A stretch of DNA of 64,000 nucleotides. It comes from an uncultured Methanoregulaceae archaeon (lineage in GTDB: Archaea > Halobacteriota > Methanomicrobia > Methanomicrobiales > Methanospirillaceae). Position 1 is the stretch's first letter. Every line of letters starts with the position of its first letter. Both the position numbers and the translations under genes were made by a program. The stretch is taken from NCBI GenBank assembly GCA_963705255.1, contig OY970061.1, forward strand, positions 192,001 through 256,000, read 5' to 3'. Below the pieces are notes generated by a model. The model searched no databases. It saw nothing but the letters and a program-made list of their open reading frames with translations, and was not told where the DNA came from. Shown one piece after another: positions 41,373 through 52,040 of the stretch.

Positions 41373-41734
41373 GACTTTGTTGGAACCCTATTTTTCTGAT
41401 CATTTGCTTATACTCTGCTGAGGTTAGGAGGGTAACCCCCTCTCTCAGGTCGCAGAACTCTGACGAGTTCTTCTCCAGTCTGCTCTTCCCTTCGGGAACA
41501 GCAGTCTCCCCGGAGGGGGAGGCAACCCAAGGGGAGCATCCCTTGAATCTCTGAGAGGTCTTCAGACCTCGAAGAGGAGAAGATTTACAAAGTAAATCTT
41601 CGACCCCATCGTTACTCATGGTAAAAGCAGACAATTCGAAGAACGCTGATGCGTTCTTCTCTTGTCTCCATGACTCCGTCATGTCGACACCCCCAAGAGC
41701 GACTGCATAGTTCTCTGAGGATTTCAACAAAGCC
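41373..41734. mobile_element. MITE-like element (362 bp), copy A
   Basis: TIRs GACTTTGTTGGAACCC / GGATTTCAACAAAGCC; imperfect 8-bp flanks ATAAAAAA/ATGAAAAA; homologous to 61924..62379. Confidence 0.8.
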
Positions 41735-41764
41735 ATGAAAAATTAAAATTACATCGGTTTAGCG

Positions 41765-41989
41765 TCATCCACGCCCGAACCCGAAAAATGCAATGCCGAA
41801 TATCTTTTCGATGGCATAGAGGACACCAAAGAAGATGGCGGCATACAGCACGAAGTTGATGATAAATCCCGAAGCACCGGCGATGCCTGCTGCCGCCACG
41901 ATAGCGCTCGAAAGCGCATCGGCGATGATGATGGCACAGAGGATACCGGCAAAAAAGGTCACCCATTTTTTTACTGCTGACATGTCCAT
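41765..41989 (-). CDS. small two-TM membrane protein
   Basis: 74-aa hydrophobic ORF. Confidence 0.6.
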   Translation of the reverse strand: MDMSAVKKWVTFFAGILCAIIIADALSSAIVAAAGIAGASGFIINFVLYAAIFFGVLYAIEKIFGIAFFGFGRG

Positions 41990-42191
41990 ACCGGTACATA
42001 TGCTGCCGGACTATTAAATTTCAGGTACCCTGCAGGATACTATTGCGGTTCCCGGTTTTTTCGGATCCTCTGCCATCGTGCATGGACAGGGTGCCAATCC
42101 TGCACATGCCATGTCTTCGTAACGCTGTGGATCTCTGGTCTCCCGGATTTTTTATGACGGATTTATTAAATAAATCGCCATACACTTTGGT

Positions 42192-42707
42192 ATGACTTTT
42201 ACTATACGCGTTATCTCTCTCATCCTTATCATCGCTGTCCTTACGATCTCCGCGGGATGCACCCAGACACCCCGGAACGTCACCATAATACCGGTCTCAC
42301 CGACAGCACCCCCCTCACCGACAAAAGAGGATCTGGTTGCATTTGTGAAGGAAGCAGTTGCCTATGCAAAGGCCAACGGAAAAGAGAAAGCACTCGCCGA
42401 ATTCGACAAACGGAACGGCTCTTTTTTCAGAGGAGAGCTGTATATTTACGCGTATGACTACAACGGGACGACCATCGCGCACCCGGTGAACCCGGAAAAG
42501 ATCGGCGTGAACCGGCTCAACGAGACAGATGTATACGGCAACCTGTTCATAAAAAACCTCCGTGAAGCAGCCTATAACGGCAGCGGCTTTTCCGAATATT
42601 ATTACATCAATCCCCTGCACAACAACGCGATCGAGAAGAAACTCGGGTATGTGGAAAAAGTCGATGATTACTGGTGGCTCGGATCCGGTATCTACGCGGG
42701 ACCCTGA
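42192..42707 (+). CDS. secreted/lipoprotein single Cache-domain protein
   Basis: signal peptide with SAGC; F..GELYIYAYD..G..IAHP, D..G, K..YV...WLGSGIY. Confidence 0.85.
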   Translation: MTFTIRVISLILIIAVLTISAGCTQTPRNVTIIPVSPTAPPSPTKEDLVAFVKEAVAYAKANGKEKALAEFDKRNGSFFRGELYIYAYDYNGTTIAHPVNPEKIGVNRLNETDVYGNLFIKNLREAAYNGSGFSEYYYINPLHNNAIEKKLGYVEKVDDYWWLGSGIYAGP

Positions 42708-42863
42708 CGGGGAACGGTTTCCCTCACGGTGACCGCCGGGACCGAAGTTACCGGAATGATGGTCCGGGTGGCCGGGGGATCCGGACCGCGGGGAACATCC
42801 CCCGGATGACCCCAAACTTAAAAAACGCGCTCAGGGTATATTTCATCCGGAGAAAATATCTGT

Positions 42864-44174
42864 ATGGAAGCCAGGAGCGAGCGAAAAGGGGGAGTCCTGA
42901 TCTTTTTTGTGAGCGGGAGACTTGATGCCTTCGGTGCACAACAGCTGGATTCCTGGGCGCGTGAGGCGCTCAATGACGATGACCGGGAACTCGTGGTCGA
43001 CCTTTCCGGGTCAACGTATCTCAGCAGCGGCGGGATCCGGGTGTTCAACGGCCTGAAACGCGAGATGAAACGGAGGAACGGGCGGGTAGCCCTCTCTGCT
43101 GTCGGGGAGTACCCGAAAAAGGTACTGGACATGGCAGGGTTCACCACGGTCTTTGATCTGTTCCCGACTGCAGCCGAGGCGGTGGCCGATATCGTCAGAA
43201 AGCGCAGGAACCCGTCCCTCTTCAACGAGATCTTTTACAAGAACATCGTTGAGAACGGTGCCAGGTTCACCATCGAACCCGGGTGGATGACCGCCCCTCC
43301 GGTGCTCCGGGTGGTGGGGGATCTCAACAAAGTGCTGTACGCAAAAATATCGGAGGCCGATATCAGGAAAAAAAAGTTTTCCGAAGTCACGTATTCGCTG
43401 GGCCTGGGAGCACTTGGTGCGGATGTGAAGGAAGCGATGCCGCTCATGGGTGAGATGATCACCCTGTACGGATCGATGGTCTGGCTTCCCACGGATGGCA
43501 ATAATACGCCGGACTTCCTGACCCCCCTCGACGCGGCCAATGCCGATGTTCCGGTCTATACCGGTTACAATATCACCCTCGACGGTCCCTTCAACGAATA
43601 TTTCACGCTCGACACGACCGACCCCCGCGGCATCAGTATCACGGACATCTACCGTGCGGTCTTTTCCTCTGCGCACGGGCGCGTGGGCAGCTACCACGGC
43701 GTCATCGCACTCACCATCTGGGGGGTCCTCACCTCGCTCGCGAGTTCAGGCCTGAAGCGGGCACCGATCATCGGCGCAGGCCCTGAAAGTGGCGAATCCA
43801 TCATGGCACCGTCCCGGGTCCACGAGTGGATAGCATCCGATGCCGGGCATACCTATGCCGGTGACACGCTCGTCAGTTTCGGGATCGGGATCGACCTGAC
43901 CGGCGACCTCTCGTTCTTCAGGCCGGAAAGCCTCTCCTCGCTCTACTATGCCAACCCGCTGAATACCGGTGCGGCAAAACAGATGTACCTCCACAACCAC
44001 GGGGTGGTGTTCAGAAATGTCCCCTATGAGCCGACGCTCGACCTCAACACCCAGGTGAAAAAGATCGTGACCGATGGCGAGTTTGCCGACATGCGTCACC
44101 TGCTCGACAGCACCCGCCTGCGGAAGGCCAAGATCGGGGTCTCCTATATTCAGGATATCCTTCAGGAGCAATGA
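42864..44174 (+). CDS. STAS (anti-anti-sigma) domain fused to an uncharacterised ~320-aa domain
   Basis: GRLDA, VDLS..TYLSSGGIR, VLDMAGF. Confidence 0.85.
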   Translation: MEARSERKGGVLIFFVSGRLDAFGAQQLDSWAREALNDDDRELVVDLSGSTYLSSGGIRVFNGLKREMKRRNGRVALSAVGEYPKKVLDMAGFTTVFDLFPTAAEAVADIVRKRRNPSLFNEIFYKNIVENGARFTIEPGWMTAPPVLRVVGDLNKVLYAKISEADIRKKKFSEVTYSLGLGALGADVKEAMPLMGEMITLYGSMVWLPTDGNNTPDFLTPLDAANADVPVYTGYNITLDGPFNEYFTLDTTDPRGISITDIYRAVFSSAHGRVGSYHGVIALTIWGVLTSLASSGLKRAPIIGAGPESGESIMAPSRVHEWIASDAGHTYAGDTLVSFGIGIDLTGDLSFFRPESLSSLYYANPLNTGAAKQMYLHNHGVVFRNVPYEPTLDLNTQVKKIVTDGEFADMRHLLDSTRLRKAKIGVSYIQDILQEQ

Positions 44175-44176
44175 TT

Positions 44177-44593
44177 TCAGGCGGTTTTCCGTTTGACCAG
44201 CACGAGGATATTTTTCCCGTTCTCGTGCCGGTACACGATCTCGTCCATGACCTGCCGGATCAGGAAGATGCCCAGCCCGCCGACCTGCCGCTCTTCGATG
44301 TCAGCGGTGAGATCCGGCTCGGGGAGCGAGAGCGGGTCGAAGGGGGGTGCCGCATCCTCGATCTGGACCTCGACAATCCCGCGGGTCGCCCGGCAGGTTA
44401 CCCCGATCTCGCCGCCCTGCTCCCGGTATCCGTGGACGATCACATTGGTTATCGCTTCCTCAACGGCCAGCTGAGTATCGAGGATATCTTCGTTGGCAAA
44501 AGAATGGTCGTGCATCAGTTCCTGCAGGGCAGATGAGACAACTGCAATCCCGGAGATCTCTGTCACGACGAGGTGCCTGGGGGATCGTTCCAT
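44177..44593 (-). CDS. RsbW/SpoIIAB-like Ser kinase (HATPase_c)
   Basis: LAVEEAITNVIVHGY, D..PPFDP, GGLGIFLI..MD. Confidence 0.9.
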   Translation of the reverse strand: MERSPRHLVVTEISGIAVVSSALQELMHDHSFANEDILDTQLAVEEAITNVIVHGYREQGGEIGVTCRATRGIVEVQIEDAAPPFDPLSLPEPDLTADIEERQVGGLGIFLIRQVMDEIVYRHENGKNILVLVKRKTA

Positions 44594-44597
44594 GGTC

Positions 44598-44882
44598 TCA
44601 CACCACCACCCGTATGGCCATCGGGGTGATATCGTCGGACGGGGGAGGGTCTCCGCAGAACGCCTGGATGGATTTTAGGATCTTTGACATGTCATCCTTC
44701 ACGACCCGTGTGCGTGACCGGAGGATGATATGCGTTTTTATCGCGGGATGGCTGTCAGGGACTTCGGAGAAGAGCCTCCTGCATGTCAGGAGGTATGCCG
44801 CCACTACAATCACGCAGATGATCTGAAGATGGACAATCAACGAAGAGAGGATCGTGGCATCCATAGCGTCTCCTATACGCAT
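44598..44882 (-). pseudogene. internally deleted LytS-TM/SpoIIE (PP2C) phosphatase remnant
   Basis: N-terminus ICVIVVAAYLLT (5TMR-LYT-like) joined to the PP2C C-terminus I..F.GD...SDDIT. Confidence 0.6.
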
Positions 44883-45046
44883 TGGATCCGGGTCATTTTA
44901 ATGTTCACGTAACCGCCATTCGGCACTGCCCGGCAACATCCTGCGGACATACCTGCGCTGTACAACCATGGATAGGATTATCTTTTTCAAACGCCGAAAT
45001 TCAAGAGAATATCCGGTTATCACTATCACCGAGAAGGGGAATTACC

Positions 45047-45379
45047 GTGGAAATTATACCAGCAATCCGCGATGGCACCACCGTCCTGTCCATCTCCGGG
45101 AGAATCGATACCGTGACCGCACCGGTGCTTGAACAGGCCATCAACCGGGAGATAGAGGGCGGACACAGAAAAGTCCTCCTGGACTTTTCCGCGGTCTCCT
45201 ACATCAGCAGCGGCGGCCTGCGGGTCCTCCTTGCGACCGCAAAGAAGCTCAAGGCCCCGGGTGACAGATTCGGCCTCTGCTGCCTTTCCGCAGAAGTCCT
45301 GAAGATCCTCAGACTCGCGGGATTCACCTCAATCTTTTCCATCTACCCTTCAGAGGGAGAAGCACGTGCCGGCTGGTAA
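45047..45379 (+). CDS. STAS anti-sigma factor antagonist
   Basis: GRIDT..AP, LDFS.VSYISSGGLRVLL, LAGF. Confidence 0.9.
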   Translation: MEIIPAIRDGTTVLSISGRIDTVTAPVLEQAINREIEGGHRKVLLDFSAVSYISSGGLRVLLATAKKLKAPGDRFGLCCLSAEVLKILRLAGFTSIFSIYPSEGEARAGW

Positions 45380-47103
45380 CGACCAGCTCATCTCCCTTTC
45401 GTGGCAGCAGGTGCCCGGGACAGATGGTGCATCAATCTACCCCATCGTCAGGAAAATCGATACCATCTCTTCCAATTCGTACCTGATCGCCACACCCGAT
45501 GCAATCATCCTGATCGATCCGGGGGGGCTTCCTGAACAGGCAGAACAGCTGGCCTCGGTCATCGGAGAAATCCGGCAGGAACAGGATCGCCCGGTCATTG
45601 TCTTCCTCACGCATGCGCATATTGATCACTTTGCCGGCAGCCAGGACGTTCCCGCATTTGCTCACCCGGAGACCGTGATCTTTGCCGCCCATGAGACCGG
45701 CGCCGGAATACTTGGTCGCGGGGACTGCGGGTTTACCCAGGCAGACCTGCTCGGCCAGAAGGTCGTACCCATGAAGATCGGGTTCTCCCTCCTGACCGCG
45801 GACCGTTCCGGCCGGCCGGGAGTTCCGGTTGACCTCCATCTTGCCAACGGCGCCAGGGTCGCCGTGACCGATGACCGGATCGGGACAGGCGGGGTTGTGC
45901 TCCCCCGGGAGCGTATCGTATTCGGGCCCGGCCCCGCCCTTGAGATCCTCCATACCCCCGGTCACAGCCCGGACAGTATCTGCCTGCGGGTGGGCGGACT
46001 GCTTTTTATCGGGGATATTCTCTTTGCAGCAAATCCGGGAGTAGCCGGTATGCGCGGATGGGACCAGGCAGCCCTCATCCGCTCTCTTGACGGGATACTG
46101 GCACTCCTGTCCGGGGGCTGGGTTTCGTATGTCTGTCCCGGTCATGGCAGGGTAATTCCGCTGGATGACGCCATCCGGGTTCTCTCGGCCGTCAGAACCG
46201 ATGCCCTTGCCCTCGCAAATATTGCCGAACTCAACCGCGACCGGGCGGTGCAGACTGCGGCCTTTGCCGAAGACTGCATGGAGCAGGTGAACGAGCTCTT
46301 TACGGTCATGGCCGGACGCCTTTCCTTTGTCTCGTATGTCATGGAGGAGCTGGGCGAATCTGATGTGGCCGGACGGATGGAGTCCCTGATTAACAGCGAT
46401 ACCATTGATGAGCTCCTGAAAGCTTTTTCAGATTTTGCCGAGGAGCACCACCGGCATAACCGGGTCCCGGTACACCTTGCCCTCAAGGCTGCACAGGTCG
46501 TCATGAAACTTGAACGAGCGTTCAGAAAGGATGAGCTTTCACATATCATCGACCCGACCCTGGTCCAGAGAGCCGGCCGGCTGCTCTCAGATTATACGAC
46601 CATGATGCGGGGGTTCAGCCCGCCAGGCGAGTTGTCAGGATGTGACATCATTGCGCTCGTCGAGGCCCTCGTCACCGGGCTCTCCGTCTCCTCCTGCTCA
46701 GATGAGGAAGTTTTCAACTCAGACTGATGATGACGCAGCTTTCATGCAGATCCTCCTGGCACGGATCGGGACACGCCCGCTGCTTGAGGACGTTGCGTTC
46801 TCGATGGAACCGATGCAGGGCCCGCTCATGGCCTCCATAGACCGCGATCATTTCACCGATGTCCTTACGTATATTCTCGAAGATCTGGTCGGGACAGGGG
46901 CAGACCACATCGCAATAACTGTACAGCGTGATGGCCGGAACAGTGTCCTGACGGTTTCGGGTAAAGCAGGGCTCTTACCCACCGCAGAACAACGGAAAAC
47001 GTTCAGGTTTTTACGGGGGCTCTGTAACCGGGCCGGAGACTCCCTTGAGTATACAGGCAATAAAGAGATCCAGCAGTTCATGATCACAATCGGATTGATG
47101 TGA
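45366..47103 (+). CDS. MBL-fold metallohydrolase with helical and degenerate HATPase-like C-terminus; frameshift at ~46722
   Basis: IDPG, THAHIDH, TPGHSPD, GD, PGHG; continues in ORF 46642..47103. Confidence 0.8.
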
Positions 47104-47178
47104 TCCCTCCAAAAACCACCGTGTCTGCCCTGAAGACAATGTTTATCGGCTTGCCGGACCATCACCCGGATAACGGAG

Positions 47179-47592
47179 GTGCATACCGGCATGCAGGAAA
47201 CCAGTACTCTGGGGCTGACCCCCCTGCAGGAAGACGGGCTCAAGACCGCTCTTGAAAATACCTGCGAGCTCTGCCATGGGTACTTTCCATCCTCGTCCCT
47301 TGAACTTCACCGGATCAGCCGGCGGAATTACCGGGAGATGAACCGCGACGCCTCGACCCGGTTTCTGGTGGTATGCACGGACTGCCATGCCCATATCCAT
47401 GCACTGCCGGTCCCGGTTGCCCGGCAGCGGAAGATCGTCAGGAACCGTTCTTTCTTCAGCCAGCGGGACCTGAGGAAGATCCTTGGCTATGTCCCGAAAC
47501 GGTATGAACCTCCCCAATCGGTTGATCCTTCACAGGCATACGAAGAATATTTCGGGAATTGCCCGCAGGGGTCGTACAGGATGGGCGGGTGA
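47179..47592 (+). CDS. small HNH-like Zn-binding protein
   Basis: CELC...LELHRI...VCTDCHAHIH. Confidence 0.6.
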   Translation: MHTGMQETSTLGLTPLQEDGLKTALENTCELCHGYFPSSSLELHRISRRNYREMNRDASTRFLVVCTDCHAHIHALPVPVARQRKIVRNRSFFSQRDLRKILGYVPKRYEPPQSVDPSQAYEEYFGNCPQGSYRMGG

Positions 47593-47845
47593 GATCCGCA
47601 GGCAGGGTGGAGAAACTACTTTCACCCTTCTCTGTCTCTCTCGGAAGATCGTGTTCCCGTATCAGCCTGCACCAAGGGATCCCGGGGATATTTTTGTCCA
47701 GGTCTCCCCGCCGGGCAGACAATGTCCCTTCCTGGAAACCCGGTACCGTAACATATAATGAGACAGCCGCACCTCATGTATGGGAAATGACGACCCCGGA
47801 TCAGCAAACGGATCTCCAGTCGGGAAACTAATCGGGAAAACCATC

Positions 47846-48655
47846 ATGAAAAGATCGCCCCTGCCCGGAGAAACTCCACACCTGCTGGAGTTTGAGAACA
47901 TCACGGTATTCCAAGGCACCAAAAAAGTCCTCGATAACCTTTCCATCACCGTGAGCGAAGGCGAACATCTGGCGATCCTCGGGCCCAATGGTGCCGGAAA
48001 ATCCTCGTTCATCAAGACCATCACCCGGGAGTTGTACCCCCTTGCAGACGAGAGGGGAAGTATCTTCAGGGTACGGGGACAGGAGGTCTGGGATGTCTTC
48101 GAGCTGAGGTCCTCCCTCGGCATCGTCTCAAACGATCTCCAGTCCGCCTTCACCCGCGAAATAACCGGCGAGGACGTCATCCTCTCCGGGTTTTTCTCCA
48201 GTGTCGGTCTCTTCAACCGCACACTCACTCCGGCGATGCACCGGAAAGCCGGGGAAGTCATCGATTTCCTTGAACTCGGGCACCTCATAGACCGCCAGAT
48301 GACTAGGATGTCATCGGGAGAATGCCGGCGGTTTCTGATCGGAAGGGCCCTTGTTCACGATCCGAAAACCCTTATCCTCGATGAGCCCACAACCAGCCTC
48401 GACCTGCACGCCCTCCATACGTTCCGCCAGACACTCAGGAAGATTGCACAGGGCGGGACCGGCATCATCCTCGTCACTCATCAGCTGCATGACATCATCC
48501 CCGAGGTCAAGCGGGTCGTGCTGATGAAAGAGGGAAGGTTCATCGGTGACGGGCCGAAACCTGCGATGCTGACTGAAGAAAAGATCGGGGGGCTGTTCCG
48601 GGTACCCGTCCGGATCAGGGAGGACTCGGGGTATTATTACACGCTGGGCTACTGA
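47846..48655 (+). CDS. ABC ATPase (ModF/YlmA-like)
   Basis: GPNGAGKS, MSSGE, LILDEPT, VTH. Confidence 0.9.
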   Translation: MKRSPLPGETPHLLEFENITVFQGTKKVLDNLSITVSEGEHLAILGPNGAGKSSFIKTITRELYPLADERGSIFRVRGQEVWDVFELRSSLGIVSNDLQSAFTREITGEDVILSGFFSSVGLFNRTLTPAMHRKAGEVIDFLELGHLIDRQMTRMSSGECRRFLIGRALVHDPKTLILDEPTTSLDLHALHTFRQTLRKIAQGGTGIILVTHQLHDIIPEVKRVVLMKEGRFIGDGPKPAMLTEEKIGGLFRVPVRIREDSGYYYTLGY

Positions 48656-48732
48656 TCTTTCAGGTGAGAAACCCGATCGATACAAACCCTCATATCCCTT
48701 GAAAGCAAGGTGTCCTGTCTGAGGATGATCGT

Positions 48733-49212
48733 ATGAACCAGGTACCGATAATCCAACCCGGGGAAAAGGCGAAAAACTTCTCGCTGAAAGATCACGAGGA
48801 CAAGACGTTTGGCCTGTACGAGCATATGGGCCGGAGGGTTCTCCTCTCCTTCCACCCGCTCGCGTGGACTCCTGTCTGCGCCGCCCAGATGAAGTCCCTT
48901 GAGGAGAACAGGGAGCGGTTCGACCAGCTCAACACCGATGCGGTTGGTCTCAGTGTGGACTCGATCCCCTGCAAGAAGGCCTGGGCCGGGACGCTCGGCA
49001 TCGCCCACACCCCGCTTCTCTGCGATTTCTGGCCGCACGGGAACGTTGCCGCCCAGTACGGACTTTTCCGGGAAGCCAACGGCTTTTCCGAGCGGGCAAA
49101 TGTCATAGTCGACGAACACCTGAATATCGTGTTCGTCAAGGTATACCCCCTCCACATAGTCCCCGATATCATCGAAGTCATCGGGTTCATCGAAAGGCTG
49201 GGAAAAAAATAA
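48733..49212 (+). CDS. peroxiredoxin (AhpE/BCP-like)
   Basis: FHPLAWTPVC, SVD, DFWPHG, SERA. Confidence 0.9.
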   Translation: MNQVPIIQPGEKAKNFSLKDHEDKTFGLYEHMGRRVLLSFHPLAWTPVCAAQMKSLEENRERFDQLNTDAVGLSVDSIPCKKAWAGTLGIAHTPLLCDFWPHGNVAAQYGLFREANGFSERANVIVDEHLNIVFVKVYPLHIVPDIIEVIGFIERLGKK

Positions 49213-49349
49213 TGATCTTACCCAACCGGGTAGTGTTGTCCCCAGGCAACAGCCCGGGGCGCAACAGTCCTTTTTGCAGATCGAAGTGCTCTTTACCTCC
49301 AACGCCACATCTTTTATCCTGTAAGAAGCGATGACGGGAGAAGGATGCC

Positions 49350-51938
49350 TTGACAGCACCGGTGCAGGAAAAAGAACCCGGTCCGGGGGTGCAGTTCCAT
49401 CTCATGCCGGAACAGGACCTGTTTCCGGCCCTTGATTCATCTGTGACCGGCCTCTCGACCGGGCAGGCGGCGAGCCCACCGGGAACGTTCCGGCCCGAAT
49501 GATATATCGCATATCAGGAGAAGGCCGGTCATCCTCCAGTTCCTTGAACATTTCAAGAACCTCCTCGTTATCATCCTCCTCTTTGCCGCCACGATATCCG
49601 TATTTGTCGGGGATATCACCGATGCTGCCATTATTTTTATCATCGTTATTGCAAGTGTAACCCTGGACTTTTTCCAGGAATACAAGGCGGAAAATGCGGC
49701 GGAACTGCTCAGGCAGAAGATACTCACGAAGGCTTCTGTTGTACGGGACGGGAAACAGGAAGAACTTCCGATCATCGATCTTGTGCCGGGAGATATCGTG
49801 CATCTTGCCGCAGGCGATATTGTCCCAGCTGATGCCCGAGTCCTGGCATCACGGACTTTTATGTCAACCAGTCGGCACTGACCGGTGAGCCGTTCCCGGT
49901 GGCAAAAAATGCCGGCCTGGCAGATCCCGGCAAGCCTCTCGCTGAGGCAGGCAATTACATCTTTCTCGGAACGTCGGTTGTCAGCGGTACTGCAACAGCC
50001 ATTATTACCAGGACCGGTGCGTCAACTGAGTTTGGCAAAGTGGCAAAGACCCTCGTGGAGCGCCCGCCGGAGACCGAGTTCGAACGGGGGCTGAAACAGT
50101 TCAGCTTCCTGATGTCGCAGTTTGTCTTTTTCCTCGTCATCATCGTCTTTTTTATCAATGCCATGTTCCGGCACGGGGTCCTGGAATCCCTGTTGTTCTC
50201 TGTCGCGCTTGCCGTCGGGATGACACCGGAACTGCTTCCCATGATACTCTCCCTCAACCTGTCGAAAGGTGCGCTGGCGATGTCGGAGAAGGGCGCGATC
50301 GTTAAGCATCCGGAGTCCATCCAGAATTTCGGGAGCATGGACATCCTCTGCACCGACAAGACCGGGACCCTCACGCAGAACCAGATCGTGATGGTAAGGC
50401 ACCTCGACATCGATGGAAATGACAGCGAGAATGTCCTGCTCTTCTCCTATGTCAACAGCTACTTCCATTCCGGGCTCAAAAGCCCTCTTGACGATGCCGT
50501 TGTCCAGTTCCGGCACATCGATATCGACGACTACCGCAAGATAGACGAGATACCTTTTGACTTCGTCCGCAAGCGGGTCTCCGTCATCGCCTCCCGGAAG
50601 TCCGATACGGTCATCGTTTCGAAAGGCGCACCGGAAGAGATCCTGCGCATCTGCTCCTTTGTCGACCGCGAAGGAAAGGTCGAAGTCCTGACCGATGCCG
50701 GCAGGGAGAAGATCAATGCAATCTACTCTGCCCAGAGCAAGGAGGGGTTCCGGACGCTGGCAGTCTGCTACCGGACGGTTGCCGCTGACCAGAAGGCTTT
50801 TTCAGTAAGCGACGAAAAAGAGATGGTTCTTGTCGGCCTGATCACGTTCATCGACCCTCCCAAGGAAAGTGCGGGAGAATCCGTGCGGTTCCTCGCCCGT
50901 TCCGGTGTTGAACTGAAGATTCTTACCGGGGACAACGAACTGGTCACCCGTAAGACCTGCGAACTCATCGGCCTCGAGATCAAGGGGACCCTTACCGGTT
51001 CCGAGATCGAGACGATGGACGTCCAGACCCTTTCGCGGGTGGTCGGGAATGTCACGATATTCTCGAGGCTGACACCGGCACAGAAGAACCGGGTCATGAA
51101 GGCTCTCAGGCAGAACGGCCATGTCGTCGGGTTCATGGGTGATGGCATCAACGACGCCCCGTCAATCCGGGAAGCGGATGTCGGCATATCTGTTGAGAAC
51201 GCTGTGGATATAGCCAAAGAATCTGCCGATATCATCCTGGTAAAGAACGACCTCCGTATCCTCAACGACGGGGTGCTTGAAGGCAGGAAGACGTTCGGGA
51301 ACACGATGAAATATATCCTGATGGGCACGAGTTCCAATTTCGGGAACATGTTTTCTGTCGCAGGTGCTTCCCTGTTTCTGCCCTTCCTCCCGATGCTCCC
51401 CGTCCAGATCCTGCTCAACAACCTCCTGTACGATGTCTCCGAGGCAACGATCCCGACCGACAACGTCGATGCATCCTATGCCAGCACGCCAAAGAAATGG
51501 GACATCGGGTTCATCAGGAAATTCATCATGATATTCGGCCCGATCAGTTCGGTCTTCGATTTCATCACATTCTTCATCCTCCTGTTTGTTTTCCAGGCCG
51601 ATGCATCGCTCTTCCAGACTGCCTGGTTCATTGAATCGATCTGCACCCAGACCCTGGTGATCTTTGTCATCAGGACACGGGTCGTCCCGTTCTATGCGAG
51701 CAGGCCGAGCAGGGCCCTCCTCGCAAGCACGATACTTATCGTGCTCCTGGCATGCGCTCTGCCCTTCACGGTGATCGGGAGCTTATTCGGTTTTGTCCGG
51801 CCACCGCTCATCTTCTTCGGTGTACTGGGAGGCCTGATCATCGGGTACCTGGCCATTGTCGAACTGGTGAAGATCTGGTTCTACCGGCAGTATGTCCCTG
51901 TTCCCGATCAGAAGGTACGGAATCCTTCGGGCCCGTGA
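49350..51938 (+). CDS. mgtA: Mg2+-translocating P-type ATPase; frameshifts at ~49480 and ~49853
   Basis: GPN, FFQEYKA, LTGEP, PELLP, DKTGTLT, PFDF.RKR, KGAPE, GDGINDAP, SSNFGNMFS. Confidence 0.9.
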
Positions 51939-52040
51939 ATTTTTCCGCGTGAACGTTCACCGGTCCGGTACCTTCTGCCGCCCCATGCCCCACTGTCACG
52001 ATGCAATAGTTGATAAGATCCTGTGGACAGTAATCTTTCG

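Noticed and set aside
41350-41736. 128-aa ORF
   Set aside because: Lies across the MITE and has no transposase motifs
49230-49345. Mg2+ riboswitch upstream of mgtA
   Set aside because: Only one imperfect hairpin; no recognisable M-box consensus by eye
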